Shown: positions 48,099 to 57,000, numbered from the stretch's first letter. The stretch: DNA of 64,000 nt from Gammaproteobacteria bacterium (GCA_034667965.1 JAXDQI010000256.1:6958-70957); one strand, 5' to 3'. Numbers and translations: made by a program. The notes: generated by a model from the letters alone, not told the origin.

Positions 48099-48901
48099 TA
48101 GTGCGGCGGCGGGTTTCCGGTGGGTTTCGGCGTGATCGGTTGGTCGTCGCTGGGCGCCGTGCCCACCGGCAGGTCGGCGTCCGGGTCGACCAGTTCATCG
48201 TTGCTCACCTTGCCGTCGGATACCAGGTAGGCACGTCGCTGCAGGTAGGCATCGCGGATGAAGGCATAGGGATCGTAGGTGTGCTTCAACGTCTCTTCGA
48301 GCGGCAATAGCGCTGCGCGCCGATCCGTCAATTCGGGCAGGTACAAACCGTACTTGACCCAGTTGTTCTTGATGTACTGCTTCGGATTCGTGTACGTATC
48401 CACCGCCCGGGCCGGTGCATCCCGCAGGTCCGACGGTCCCAGAATCGGCAATTCCACGAATGGTCCCGGGTGTACGCCCCATTTTCCCAGCGTCTGACCG
48501 AAGTCCTCGTTGTTGCGCGCCAGCCCGGCGGAGGAGGCGGGATCCAGGATGCCCCCCACGCCCAGGGTGGTGTTGAGCGCGAAGCGTCCCAAGTCGTTCG
48601 CCGCAGCGAGGAACTTTCCCTGCAGTGCATCATTGACCATGACGGTGGGTGTATCGAGGTTGGCGAAGAAATTGGAGACGCCGGTCCGGATGGGCTGGGG
48701 GACGTACCTGACATACGTGCGTGCCACCGGCTTGGCCACCGCCCGATCGAGAACGTCATTGAATTTGTAGACTCCGCGGTTCCAGGATTCCCACGGGTCC
48801 TGCGGCGAGCGCTGGCTGTTGGGCGGTAACGTAACGCAGGCACTCAAACCCGTCGCAACAATGGCGGCAAGCGCAACGCGCGCGAACCCTTCCTTCCCCA
48901 T
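48098..48901 (-). CDS. mlaA: Outer-membrane lipoprotein MlaA (VacJ family)
   Basis: The start is set at MGKEGFARVALAAIVATGLSAC (lipobox). VacJ signature: DPWE..NR..Y.FN..LD......PVA..Y. Confidence 0.85.
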   Translation of the reverse strand: MGKEGFARVALAAIVATGLSACVTLPPNSQRSPQDPWESWNRGVYKFNDVLDRAVAKPVARTYVRYVPQPIRTGVSNFFANLDTPTVMVNDALQGKFLAAANDLGRFALNTTLGVGGILDPASSAGLARNNEDFGQTLGKWGVHPGPFVELPILGPSDLRDAPARAVDTYTNPKQYIKNNWVKYGLYLPELTDRRAALLPLEETLKHTYDPYAFIRDAYLQRRAYLVSDGKVSNDELVDPDADLPVGTAPSDDQPITPKPTGNPPPH

Positions 48902-48977
48902 GGTGAAACTCTCCCTAACCGTTATCGATGTTGAATGAAGGACCGTACGATACCGCGTTGAGGACTTCCGTGTGCCG

Positions 48978-50486
48978 TCAATGACGACCATTGCCGTTGT
49001 CGTCCGCCACGGTGTTCTTGCGGTCCTTCGGCATGGCGGCCTTGATTTCATCGAGCCGTGCGCTGAATCGCGCGCGTTGCACGGGGTCCAATCCCGGCAG
49101 GCCTAAGGCCATTTGCAGTTGCGCGGCCGACATCCGCAGGTCGCCGCTCATGACGTAGTAGAACGACATGTAGTAATAGGAGTCGGCAAGATCGCCGGCG
49201 GCATTCGCCGCCTTGGCGATGAGCTTGGTTTGGTCGGGAGTCGGATCGACCACGTTGAACAGATCGTCCAGCAACAGCTGAGCTCTTTTGTTCTCACCGC
49301 TGCGCATCAAGGTTTCCGACAAGCGGATGGTGACCGGCACATTGCGGGGAAACAAACCGAGAGCCTTGTCCAATACTTCCTGAGAGTCCTTCAACTGGCC
49401 GTTCAGCATGTGGGCCTGTCCCAGGGCGCCATAGAACTGGGTCACTTTGGGATACTCGCGCACCAATGCCTGCAGATCGGGGATCGCCGCGGCGGGATTT
49501 CGCATGTTGATGTCCGCGACATCCTTGCCGTAGCGCTGCTCCATCGACAGGCCGGCACCATTCTTGACCAGGTTCACGTAGTAATCGCGAACGGTTCTGG
49601 GATCATCGACCAGCGAGCGCAGCCGCTCGCGGGTCAGCTGATAACCCATCGAGTCCTCGTGGTGTACGCGCCCGATCTGTTCCGCGCGATTGCGCGCCTC
49701 CGCGACACGATCGGAAAAGATCGGGTGATCGATCAAGAACTGGACGGCATTGACGCGGTCGGGAGACGGCATTCCGCGGGACATATAGCCGAAAAAACTC
49801 GCCATGCCCAAAGGATCGTAGCCGGCCGCCGCCATGGTGCCGATGCCGATCCGGTCGGCCTCGAACTCATTGGCGCGCGTGTAATTGATCTGGTGTTGGA
49901 TCGCGGCCCCCTGAGTGGCCATGATCGCTCCCTCCATGGCGTCGGGCGACCCATGCCCGGCCGTCGCGCCCAATAAGATGGCCGCCAGCATCGCCGCCGT
50001 CGACATCAAACCCGCATGGCTCTGGTCGATGAGCCCGCGCACGAGGTGACGCTGGGTGACGTGCGCGGTCTCGTGCGCCATGACCCCGGCCAATTCGTTC
50101 TCGTTGCGCGTAGCCAGGATCAGGCCGCTGTCGATGGCGACGAATCCGCCCGGCATGGCAAAGGCATTGATGACCGGATCGCGGACGACGAAGTAATAGA
50201 ACTGATGCTGACCCTCTTCGGCGCGGCTCGAGAGGCTGTGGCCGATCTGCTGGATGTAGGCGCTGACCTCGGGGTCCTCCAGCACGGTGCCGCCCTGGCC
50301 CATTTGCCGGAACCAGCCGAGGCCCGCCTGGTATTCATCTTCCAGCGATACCGCAGCATTCGCCGGGCTGCCCAGCTCCGGCAGGTCCTGATCGGTCGCG
50401 CTCAAGGACGCGGCCCAGCCCAGGCTGACGCTGGAGCCCACCGCCACGGCGCCGGCAAAGGCCGCCAGAGATTTCCACAGCTTCAT
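48978..50486 (-). CDS. bepA: Periplasmic M48 metalloprotease with TPR domain (BepA/YfgC-like)
   Basis: The start is set at MKLWKSLAAFAGAVAV (signal peptide). HExxH (AHETAHVTQRH) is followed by C-terminal TPR-like helices. Confidence 0.8.
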   Translation of the reverse strand: MKLWKSLAAFAGAVAVGSSVSLGWAASLSATDQDLPELGSPANAAVSLEDEYQAGLGWFRQMGQGGTVLEDPEVSAYIQQIGHSLSSRAEEGQHQFYYFVVRDPVINAFAMPGGFVAIDSGLILATRNENELAGVMAHETAHVTQRHLVRGLIDQSHAGLMSTAAMLAAILLGATAGHGSPDAMEGAIMATQGAAIQHQINYTRANEFEADRIGIGTMAAAGYDPLGMASFFGYMSRGMPSPDRVNAVQFLIDHPIFSDRVAEARNRAEQIGRVHHEDSMGYQLTRERLRSLVDDPRTVRDYYVNLVKNGAGLSMEQRYGKDVADINMRNPAAAIPDLQALVREYPKVTQFYGALGQAHMLNGQLKDSQEVLDKALGLFPRNVPVTIRLSETLMRSGENKRAQLLLDDLFNVVDPTPDQTKLIAKAANAAGDLADSYYYMSFYYVMSGDLRMSAAQLQMALGLPGLDPVQRARFSARLDEIKAAMPKDRKNTVADDNGNGRH

Positions 50487-50573
50487 GGATTGTTCACCAT
50501 CGAAGCGCTTGGAGTGTCCTTCGTGCCGCAAAGTTCTATTCTGCACCCAGCCGGCGCCCGGCGCGGCCCAGAA

Positions 50574-52028
50574 TTACAGCGCTTCCGACGCATAATCGGC
50601 CAAACGCGAGCGTTCGCCGCGTTTCAGCGTGATATGACCCGAATAGGCCCAGCCATGGAAGCGGTTGACGACATAGGTCAAACCGGTGGTGGTCTCGGTC
50701 AGATAGGGCGTATCGATCTGAGCGATGTTGCCCAGGCAAACCATCTTGGTCCCGGGACCGGCGCGGGTCACGAGGGCTTTCATCTGTTTCGGGGTCAGAT
50801 TCTGCGCTTCATCGATGATGATGAAGCGGTTCAAAAAGGTCCGGCCACGCATGAAATTCAAGGACCTTATCTTGATTCGATGACGCAGCAGGTCGTTCGT
50901 CGCACCACGCCCCCAGGTTCCACCCGGCTGGCTCTGCGTCAATACTTCCAGGTTGTCCATGAGCGCGCCCATCCAGGGCTCCATTTTTTCCTCTTCGGTT
51001 CCCGGGAGGAATCCGATGTCCTCTCCCAGGGGAATCGTCACGCGCGTCATGATGATCTCGCTGAACCGATTGTGATCCAGCGTTTGCGCAAGGCCGGCCG
51101 CCAGCGTCAAGAGAGTCTTGCCGGTGCCGGCCGGTCCCAGGACAGTGACGAAATCGATCTCGGGATCCATGAGAAGATTGAAGGCAAGGTTCTGCTCGCG
51201 ATTGCGGGCATTGACCCCCCAGACATTGTTGCGTTCGGTGCGGTAGTCCACCGTCAGCTCGAGAACGGCCGAGTCCCCCTCGATCTTGCGAACGATGGCC
51301 TCCACGCCGTTCTCGGCGGGATCGTAGACGAACTGATTGGCACGCCATTCGCGCACCAACGGTCCGCGGACGCGATAGAAGGTGCGGCTCTGTTGCTGCC
51401 ACGACTCCATGCCCTTGCCGTGTTTCTCCCAGAAATTCGTCGGCAGCTGCTGCACGCCGCTGACCAGGAGGTCCGCATCTTCGATGGTCTTGTCGCTCGA
51501 GTAGTCTTCGGCATGGACGCCGACGATCGCGGCCTTGATCCGCAGATTGATGTCCTTCGATACCAACGTGACCCTGGCGGCGGGGAAATTCTGCTGCAGG
51601 GCCAGGGTGTTGGCGAGAATGGTGTTGTCCGCGCCCTGACCCGGAAGGCTGTCCGGCAGCACGGACTCGAGCAGCTGGGTTTGAAAATACAGACGGCCCC
51701 CCGGCGGGCGCTTGCCGTGATTGATCGGCACAGCGGTCGGCAACGAGAGGCCGCGATCGATGTCCTTCTTGGTGGCGTCACGCATCAATTCATCGAGAAA
51801 CCGGCTCACCTGGCGGACGTTGCGGGCGGATTCGGAGAGACCTTTCTTGCCGGCGTCAAGCTCCTCGAGAACCGTCATCGGAATGTACACATCGTGCTCT
51901 TCGAAGCGGAAAATCGCCGTCGGGTCGTGCATGAGGACATTCGTATCAAGAACGAAAATACGCCGGTCCTGCTTTCCCTGACGCCCCCGGACGACTACGG
52001 CTGTCTGCGGCCGCACGGGCTCGGTCAC
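50574..52028 (-). CDS. PIN-domain + PhoH-like ATPase (PhoH2/YlaK type)
   Basis: PIN motif (IFVLDTNVLMHD), PhoH Walker A (GPAGTGKTLL) and IIIDEAQNLTP. The start is proposed at GTG 52028, overlapping the bcp stop as GTGA. The track ORF extends to 52088. Confidence 0.85.
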   Translation of the reverse strand: MTEPVRPQTAVVVRGRQGKQDRRIFVLDTNVLMHDPTAIFRFEEHDVYIPMTVLEELDAGKKGLSESARNVRQVSRFLDELMRDATKKDIDRGLSLPTAVPINHGKRPPGGRLYFQTQLLESVLPDSLPGQGADNTILANTLALQQNFPAARVTLVSKDINLRIKAAIVGVHAEDYSSDKTIEDADLLVSGVQQLPTNFWEKHGKGMESWQQQSRTFYRVRGPLVREWRANQFVYDPAENGVEAIVRKIEGDSAVLELTVDYRTERNNVWGVNARNREQNLAFNLLMDPEIDFVTVLGPAGTGKTLLTLAAGLAQTLDHNRFSEIIMTRVTIPLGEDIGFLPGTEEEKMEPWMGALMDNLEVLTQSQPGGTWGRGATNDLLRHRIKIRSLNFMRGRTFLNRFIIIDEAQNLTPKQMKALVTRAGPGTKMVCLGNIAQIDTPYLTETTTGLTYVVNRFHGWAYSGHITLKRGERSRLADYASEAL

Positions 52029-52489
52029 AGCGCCTTCACCGCAGCCAGAACCGCTTCGGCGTGCCCGTTGACCTTGACCTTCCGCCACTCCTGGCGCAGC
52101 ACGCCCTTCGAGTCGATCAGAAAGGTGCTGCGTTCGATTCCCAGGTACTTCTTGCCGTACATGCTTTTCTCCTGGATGACGTCGTACAGCTTGCAGACCG
52201 CCTTGTCCGGGTCGCTGAGCAGGTCGAAAGGAAATGCCATCTTCTTCTTGAATTTCTCATGCGATTCGACGGAATCCGCAGAGATTCCGAAGACCAGCGT
52301 CTTGGCCTTCTTGAAGTCCGCGAAGTGGCTGGAAAAACTTTCGCCCTCCTGAGTGCACCCCGGGGTGTTGTCGCGGGGATAGAAGTACATCACCACGGGC
52401 TGCCCTACGGCGTCCCTGAGGGACAAGCCGCCGCCCGTTCCGCCGAGCGTGAACAGCGGCGCCTTCTTGCCTATCTCGAGCTTGGTCAT
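52025..52489 (-). CDS. bcp: Thiol peroxidase Bcp (peroxiredoxin)
   Basis: The start is set at MTKLEIGKKAPLFTL. Motifs: YFYPRDNTPGCT (peroxidatic Cys) and the C-terminal HAEAVLAAVKAL. Confidence 0.9.
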   Translation of the reverse strand: MTKLEIGKKAPLFTLGGTGGGLSLRDAVGQPVVMYFYPRDNTPGCTQEGESFSSHFADFKKAKTLVFGISADSVESHEKFKKKMAFPFDLLSDPDKAVCKLYDVIQEKSMYGKKYLGIERSTFLIDSKGVLRQEWRKVKVNGHAEAVLAAVKAL

Positions 52490-52494
52490 TGCGG

Positions 52495-53025
52495 TCAACT
52501 CTTTACCGGTTCGAATATGGCGTCGAGATTCAAGTGGTCGCAGAAGTCCATGAATTCCTCGCGGAGTACTCCGATGTGCAGCCGGCTCGGCACGTTCACG
52601 ATCATTTGCACCGAAAACATCGGCGCGCCCGTATGCGCGGCGGCGTAGGCGCGGGTCGAAATCTCTGCGATGTCGACTCCGCGCTGCGAGAAGAAGCCCG
52701 ACAGGCCGGAAACGATGCCGGTCTGATCGAGGCATACGACGTCGATGGAGTAGGGCAGCATGTCATTGCGCGCCGCGCGCTCTTCGGTGCGCCGCAGCTG
52801 GATGTTCATGCCGGTCGCATCGGCAAGCTTCTTGAATTCTCCTTCGAGCTTCGCGAGGGTGTGCCAGTTGCCGTTCACCAGCAGCAGCATCGCAAATTCG
52901 CTGCCCAAGCATGTCATGCGGCTGTCGCTGATGCTGCCGCCGCAATCGGCGACGACCTTTGATAGTTCATGGACCAACCCGACACGGTCGCCCCCGACCG
53001 CCGAAATCACGATATGTTGTTTCAT
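52495..53025 (-). CDS. gcvR: Glycine cleavage system transcriptional repressor GcvR (tandem ACT domains)
   Basis: 176 aa. IVISAVGGDRVGLVHELSKVVADCGGSI plus a second ACT repeat. It has the conserved bcp-gcvR / dapA neighbourhood seen in E. coli. Confidence 0.8.
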   Translation of the reverse strand: MKQHIVISAVGGDRVGLVHELSKVVADCGGSISDSRMTCLGSEFAMLLLVNGNWHTLAKLEGEFKKLADATGMNIQLRRTEERAARNDMLPYSIDVVCLDQTGIVSGLSGFFSQRGVDIAEISTRAYAAAHTGAPMFSVQMIVNVPSRLHIGVLREEFMDFCDHLNLDAIFEPVKS

Positions 53026-53110
53026 TGGGTGGGAATTCTACCGGATGGGCGCTTGCCAGGGTGCATGTCCGGCACTTAAGGTATCGGTATTTCCTGTGGA
53101 GCCCGTCTCA

Positions 53111-54004
53111 ATGTTTTCCGGAAGCCTGGTTGCTATTGTCACACCCATGATCGAGGGTGGTGCGTTGGATTGGTCAGCGTGGGACCGCTTGCTGGATTTT
53201 CACGTCGGCGAGGGCTCGGACGGCATCGTGATCGCGGGTACCACAGGAGAATCGCCGGTGCTGTCCCTCGAGGAAATCGAGGAACTGACACGCCGGGCGC
53301 TCGCGCGCTGCGGCGGCAAGCTGAAGGTGATCGTGGGCGCGGGGACGCATTCGACGGCCACGACCATTGCGCGCGCGCGTACGCTGTCCCGGCTTGGGCC
53401 GGATGCCGTGATGTTCGTCACGCCCTATTACAATAAGCCGCCTCAGGAGGGGCTTTATCGCCATTTCATGGCGGCCGCGGATGCCTCGGCGGTCCCGGTG
53501 GTTCTGTATAATGTTCCGAGCCGCACCGGCGTGGATCTGCTGCCGGGGACGGTTGCGCGCCTGGCCAGACATCCTCAGATCGTTGCGCTCAAGGAAGCGA
53601 CTCCTGAGCTGAGCCGCGCGCGCGATCTGCTCGCGCAGCTGCCTGCGGGGTTTACCTTACTGTCGGGCGATGATGCGACCGCGGTGGACTTCATGAACGC
53701 CGGGGCCAAGGGCGTCATTTCCGTGACGGCGAACGTCGCGCCGCGTCGGGTACACGAAGTGTGTACGGCCGCGTTGGCAGGCGATTTCGCAAAGGCGCGC
53801 AGCATCGATACCGATTTGCAGCTCCTGCACAAGGATTTGTTCGTTGAAGCCAACCCCATCCCGGTGAAATGGGCGGTGGCCAGAATGGGCCTCATCGGGA
53901 GCGCCATACGTTTACCATTGGTCGATCTGGCGCCGGTGCACCAGGAAGCGGTTCTGCGCGCGATGCGCGCGGCCGGCATCACACTTGAGGAGCAAGCAGC
54001 TTGA
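53111..54004 (+). CDS. dapA: 4-hydroxy-tetrahydrodipicolinate synthase
   Basis: The start is set at MFSGSLVAIVTPM. Motifs: GTTGESP.LS..E, the VTPYYNKP block and the active-site region (ALKEAT). The track ORF's upstream extension (from 52760) is antisense to gcvR. Confidence 0.9.
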   Translation: MFSGSLVAIVTPMIEGGALDWSAWDRLLDFHVGEGSDGIVIAGTTGESPVLSLEEIEELTRRALARCGGKLKVIVGAGTHSTATTIARARTLSRLGPDAVMFVTPYYNKPPQEGLYRHFMAAADASAVPVVLYNVPSRTGVDLLPGTVARLARHPQIVALKEATPELSRARDLLAQLPAGFTLLSGDDATAVDFMNAGAKGVISVTANVAPRRVHEVCTAALAGDFAKARSIDTDLQLLHKDLFVEANPIPVKWAVARMGLIGSAIRLPLVDLAPVHQEAVLRAMRAAGITLEEQAA

Positions 54005-54291
54005 GTTTTCAGCGAATCATCGTATTTTCTGCGGCGGCGGCGCTGTTATCCGGTTGCCACATCATGAGGCGGCTGAATCCGGACTGTCATGTCAAGCAGG
54101 AGTATCAACACGCTGCGCAGGCAGCGCCCCTCAAGGTCCCGGAAGGCTTGGATTCGCCGAATACCAAGGACGCTCTCGTGATCCCCACCGTCGAGTTGGC
54201 GCCTCCTCCGCCGGGGCCCAAGGACGCCTGCCTGGATGTGCCGCCCCGTTACAAGCCGGCGCCGGCAAACAAGGCGGCGACCCCCGGGTAG
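54001..54291 (+). CDS. Short lipoprotein resembling only the N-terminal segment of BamC (NlpB)
   Basis: TTG start overlapping the dapA stop, with a lipobox (ALLSGC). 'EYQHAAQAAPLKVPEGLDSP...ALVIP' resembles the unstructured N-terminus of E. coli BamC. The position after dapA matches bamC, but the ORF is only 96 aa. Confidence 0.55.
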   Translation: MSFQRIIVFSAAAALLSGCHIMRRLNPDCHVKQEYQHAAQAAPLKVPEGLDSPNTKDALVIPTVELAPPPPGPKDACLDVPPRYKPAPANKAATPG

Positions 54292-54362
54292 ATGGCACGC
54301 CCCGGCTCGGCGCCGGCCGATTTGATAGCTGGGGCGGCCTCCGGTACCCTTGCGGCCCGAGT

Positions 54363-54522
54363 GGAGAGGTGGCCGAGCGGTCGAAGGCGCACGCCTGGAA
54401 AGTGTGTAACACCTAACCGTGTTCGTGGGTTCGACAAAATCGCAGGAAGCGATTTTGGACGCGCGTAGCGCGCCCGCAGGGCGAGGGCCAGGATGGCCCG
54501 AGTCAATCCCACCCTTTGCACC
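54363..54522 (+). pseudogene. Disrupted tRNA-Ser(GGA) copy: 5' 72 nt identical to the intact gene, then a ~70-nt insertion in the T-loop and a diverged 3' end
   Basis: 54363-54434 is identical to 54567-54638. After GGGTTCGA the sequence runs into an unrelated hairpin-rich segment (54435-54504), then AATCCCACCCT-TTGCACC. The 3' acceptor strand can no longer pair with GGAGAGG. Confidence 0.75.
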
Positions 54523-54566
54523 GATTTGATAGCTGGGGCGGCCTCCGGTACCCTTGCGGCCCGAGT

Positions 54567-54656
54567 GGAGAGGTGGCCGAGCGGTCGAAGGCGCACGCCT
54601 GGAAAGTGTGTAACACCTAACCGTGTTCGTGGGTTCGAATCCCACCCTCTCCGCCA
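54567..54656 (+). tRNA. serW: tRNA-Ser (anticodon GGA), CCA encoded
   Basis: The 90-nt sequence GGAGAGGTGGCCGAGCGGTCGAAGGCGCACGCCTGGAAAGTGTGTAACACCTAACCGTGTTCGTGGGTTCGAATCCCACCCTCTCCGCCA folds as a class II tRNA with a long variable arm. The anticodon loop is CTGGAAA. It is near-identical in the anticodon arm to E. coli tRNA-Ser(GGA). Confidence 0.9.
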
Positions 54657-54828
54657 CAAATGCTGGTGAAGCTGTAAGATTTGGTAAGTGTTTCGGTGGG
54701 GAACGAAGCGGGGGTTCGAACCTAAGAGGGTTCGACGAGCCGATGCGAAGCAGCGGCGAAGGACGCCGGAGCGCAGCGACGGCGGTCCCGAGCGTCGGCG
54801 AGGGATGAGCAGGCGCAAGCCTGCGAAC

Positions 54829-54869
54829 AATCCCACCCTCTCCGCCACACACACTGGTGAAGCTGTAAG
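54829..54869 (+). repeat. Direct repeat of the tRNA-Ser 3' end plus downstream flank (att-like scar)
   Basis: AATCCCACCCTCTCCGCCACAcacaCTGGTGAAGCTGTAAG repeats 54639-54679 (AATCCCACCCTCTCCGCCACAaatgCTGGTGAAGCTGTAAG). Confidence 0.8.
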
Positions 54870-54890
54870 GCCACCGATCGGCGAGTCTAT

Positions 54891-55003
54891 GGTGGCTCGC
54901 GTTTGCATCTTCGCGACGACTGGCCACGAACCCCGTCAGGCCCGGAAGGGAGCAGCGGTAGGGCTTTAAGTCGGGCGCCGAAGTCCTGCAGGCGCGGGCC
55001 GCC
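54891..55003 (+). ncRNA. ffs: Signal recognition particle RNA (4.5S RNA)
   Basis: The conserved domain IV core CGUCAGGCCCGGAAGGGAGCAGCG matches E. coli GGUCAGGUCCGGAAGGAAGCAGCC. The terminal helix is GGUGGCUCGCG...CGCGGGCCGCC. It is ~113 nt and has the conserved position upstream of dnaX. Confidence 0.8.
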
Positions 55004-55049
55004 TCCTATTCTGCTCCCAACCCTTGACGCACGGGCTAAACTTGACCCT

Positions 55050-56639
55050 ATGAGCTACATCGTCCTCGCACGCAAATGGCGCCCCAAGCGATTCGCCGAA
55101 ATGGTGGGTCAGGAACATGTGCTGCGCGCGCTCTCCAACGCGCTCGACACGGGCAAAGTGCATCACGCCTTTTTGTTCACCGGTACCCGTGGCGTGGGCA
55201 AGACGACGGTGGCGCGCATCCTTGCCAAGTCCTTGAACTGCGAAACGGGCGTGACCTCGAATCCCTGCGGCGTCTGCGCCGCGTGCCGCGAAATCGACGA
55301 GGGCCGGTTCGTCGATCTCATCGAGGTGGACGCGGCGTCGCGCACCAAAGTCGACGATACCCGTGAGATGTTGGACAACGTGCAGTACGCGCCCACTCGC
55401 GGCCGCTACAAGGTGTACCTCATCGACGAGGTGCACATGCTGTCGAGCCACTCGTTCAATGCGCTGCTAAAGACCTTGGAGGAACCGCCGCCGCACGTGA
55501 AATTCCTTCTGGCGACGACGGATCCGCAGAAGCTGCCGGTGACCGTGCTGTCCCGATGCCTGCAATTCAGCCTCAAACGGTTGTCGGCGCAGCTCATCGG
55601 CGAGCGTTTGAAGTTCATTGCCGCGGCCGAAAAACTCGAATACGAACCGGCCGCGATGGCGCTTCTGGCGCGGGCGGCGGAAGGCAGTATGCGCGATGGG
55701 TTGAGCTTGATGGATCAACTGATCGCCTTCGGCGGCGGTTCGTTGAGCGAATCCGACACGCGCTCCATGCTCGGCACGATCGATCGCGGGCACGTGACTC
55801 GAATCCTCGATGCCTTGTCGCGTCAGGATGGGCCGGGTCTGTTGAGCCATGTGCAGGAACTGGACCGCGATGCGCCCGACTATGATCGCGCGCTCATCGA
55901 ATTGGCCGCATTTCTTCAGAGAATCGCCGTCGTGCAGATCGTGCCCGAAGCGGCTGGACTGGACGAGGAATTCGATGGGGAGGCCTTGACGCGGTTGGCC
56001 CGGACCATCCCGCCCGAGGATGTCCAGCTGTACTACCAAATCGCCTTGGGTGGCCGGCGCGACATGGCCATGGCGCCTGAACCGCGGATCGGATTCGAGA
56101 TGAGCCTGTTGCGAATGCTGGCATTTCGACCCGAGTCGACCGTACATCCCGGCGCCGCGCCTTCGGGGTCCGGCGCCGGCCGCCCGTCTACTCCACTGGC
56201 GGCGCCGTCTGCGGCGCCGGCAGCCGCCGCGCGCGCGGCGCACATCCCGGCAACCATCGACGCAGGCAACTGGGCGGCGGTTGTGGAAGCTGCCAATTTG
56301 AGCGGCATGGTGCGGCAGATCGCGCTGAACTGCGTGCCGGTCTCGTTCGACGGCAGCCTGCTGCGTTTATCCTCCGACGAGGCGGCGGCGCATCAACGTT
56401 CGAAACCGATGGATGACAAGCTGGTGCAGTCCCTGTCGGCCTACCTGGGCCGGGAAATTCGCATTGCTTTCGAGTCCGCCGACCCCTCGCTGGTCACGCC
56501 GGCGCGCCGACGCGCAATGGCCGAGCAGGACAAGACCTCGCGTGCGGCGGCCGCGTTCGAAGAAGATCCCGCGGTGAAGACTCTGCGCCAACGTTTCGGC
56601 GCGGAAGTCGATCCCGCGTCGGTTAAACCAACGAATTAG
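55050..56639 (+). CDS. dnaX: DNA polymerase III subunits gamma/tau
   Basis: The start is set at MSYIVLARKWRPKRFAEMVGQEHV. Motifs: GTRGVGKTT, the Zn module (CETGVTSNPCGVCAACREI) and YLIDEVHMLS. Confidence 0.95.
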   Translation: MSYIVLARKWRPKRFAEMVGQEHVLRALSNALDTGKVHHAFLFTGTRGVGKTTVARILAKSLNCETGVTSNPCGVCAACREIDEGRFVDLIEVDAASRTKVDDTREMLDNVQYAPTRGRYKVYLIDEVHMLSSHSFNALLKTLEEPPPHVKFLLATTDPQKLPVTVLSRCLQFSLKRLSAQLIGERLKFIAAAEKLEYEPAAMALLARAAEGSMRDGLSLMDQLIAFGGGSLSESDTRSMLGTIDRGHVTRILDALSRQDGPGLLSHVQELDRDAPDYDRALIELAAFLQRIAVVQIVPEAAGLDEEFDGEALTRLARTIPPEDVQLYYQIALGGRRDMAMAPEPRIGFEMSLLRMLAFRPESTVHPGAAPSGSGAGRPSTPLAAPSAAPAAAARAAHIPATIDAGNWAAVVEAANLSGMVRQIALNCVPVSFDGSLLRLSSDEAAAHQRSKPMDDKLVQSLSAYLGREIRIAFESADPSLVTPARRRAMAEQDKTSRAAAAFEEDPAVKTLRQRFGAEVDPASVKPTN

Positions 56640-56657
56640 CCAGAGGAGGCAGCTGTC

Positions 56658-56984
56658 ATGTTGAAGGGCGGATTGGGAAACTTGATGCGCCAAGCGCAGC
56701 AGATGCAGGAGACCATGCAGAAAGCGCAGGCCGAACTCGCCGACCTTACGGTCACGGGCGAATCCGGTGCCGGCATGGTCAAGATAGTGCTCAACGGGCG
56801 CCATGAGGCCAAGAGCATCAGCATCACTCCGAAGCTTCTCGGCGAGGACAAGGACATGCTGGAGGACCTGGTCGTCGCGGCCATCAACGATGCCGTACAC
56901 AAGCTGGCCGCGCGGAGTCAGGAAAAGTATGCCGGTCTCATGTCGGGTCTCAATCTTCCGCCGGGCATGAAACTGCCGTTCTGA
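56658..56984 (+). CDS. ybaB: Nucleoid-associated protein YbaB/EbfC
   Basis: 108 aa. [25 protein letters not shown] and AAINDA. Confidence 0.9.
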   Translation: MLKGGLGNLMRQAQQMQETMQKAQAELADLTVTGESGAGMVKIVLNGRHEAKSISITPKLLGEDKDMLEDLVVAAINDAVHKLAARSQEKYAGLMSGLNLPPGMKLPF

Positions 56985-57000
56985 ACCGTTCCGAACTCCG

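Noticed and set aside
50016-52352. 778-aa plus-strand ORF spanning the bepA-like, PIN-PhoH and bcp loci.
   Set aside because: It is antisense to three genes with unmistakable signatures (HExxH, PIN plus Walker A, the peroxiredoxin PGCT). It has no motifs of its own.
54046-54927. 293-aa and 219-aa minus-strand ORFs across the tRNA-Ser/SRP RNA region.
   Set aside because: They run straight through a canonical tRNA, its duplicates and the SRP RNA. The apparent internal protein repeats (…TNTVRCYTLSRRAPSTARPPLHSGRKGTGGRPSYQI…) are simply the translated tRNA duplication.
55050-56639. Programmed -1 frameshift site in dnaX (gamma subunit), as in E. coli.
   Set aside because: I could not find an A-AAA-AAG-type slippery heptamer in the gene by eye, so I make no claim.
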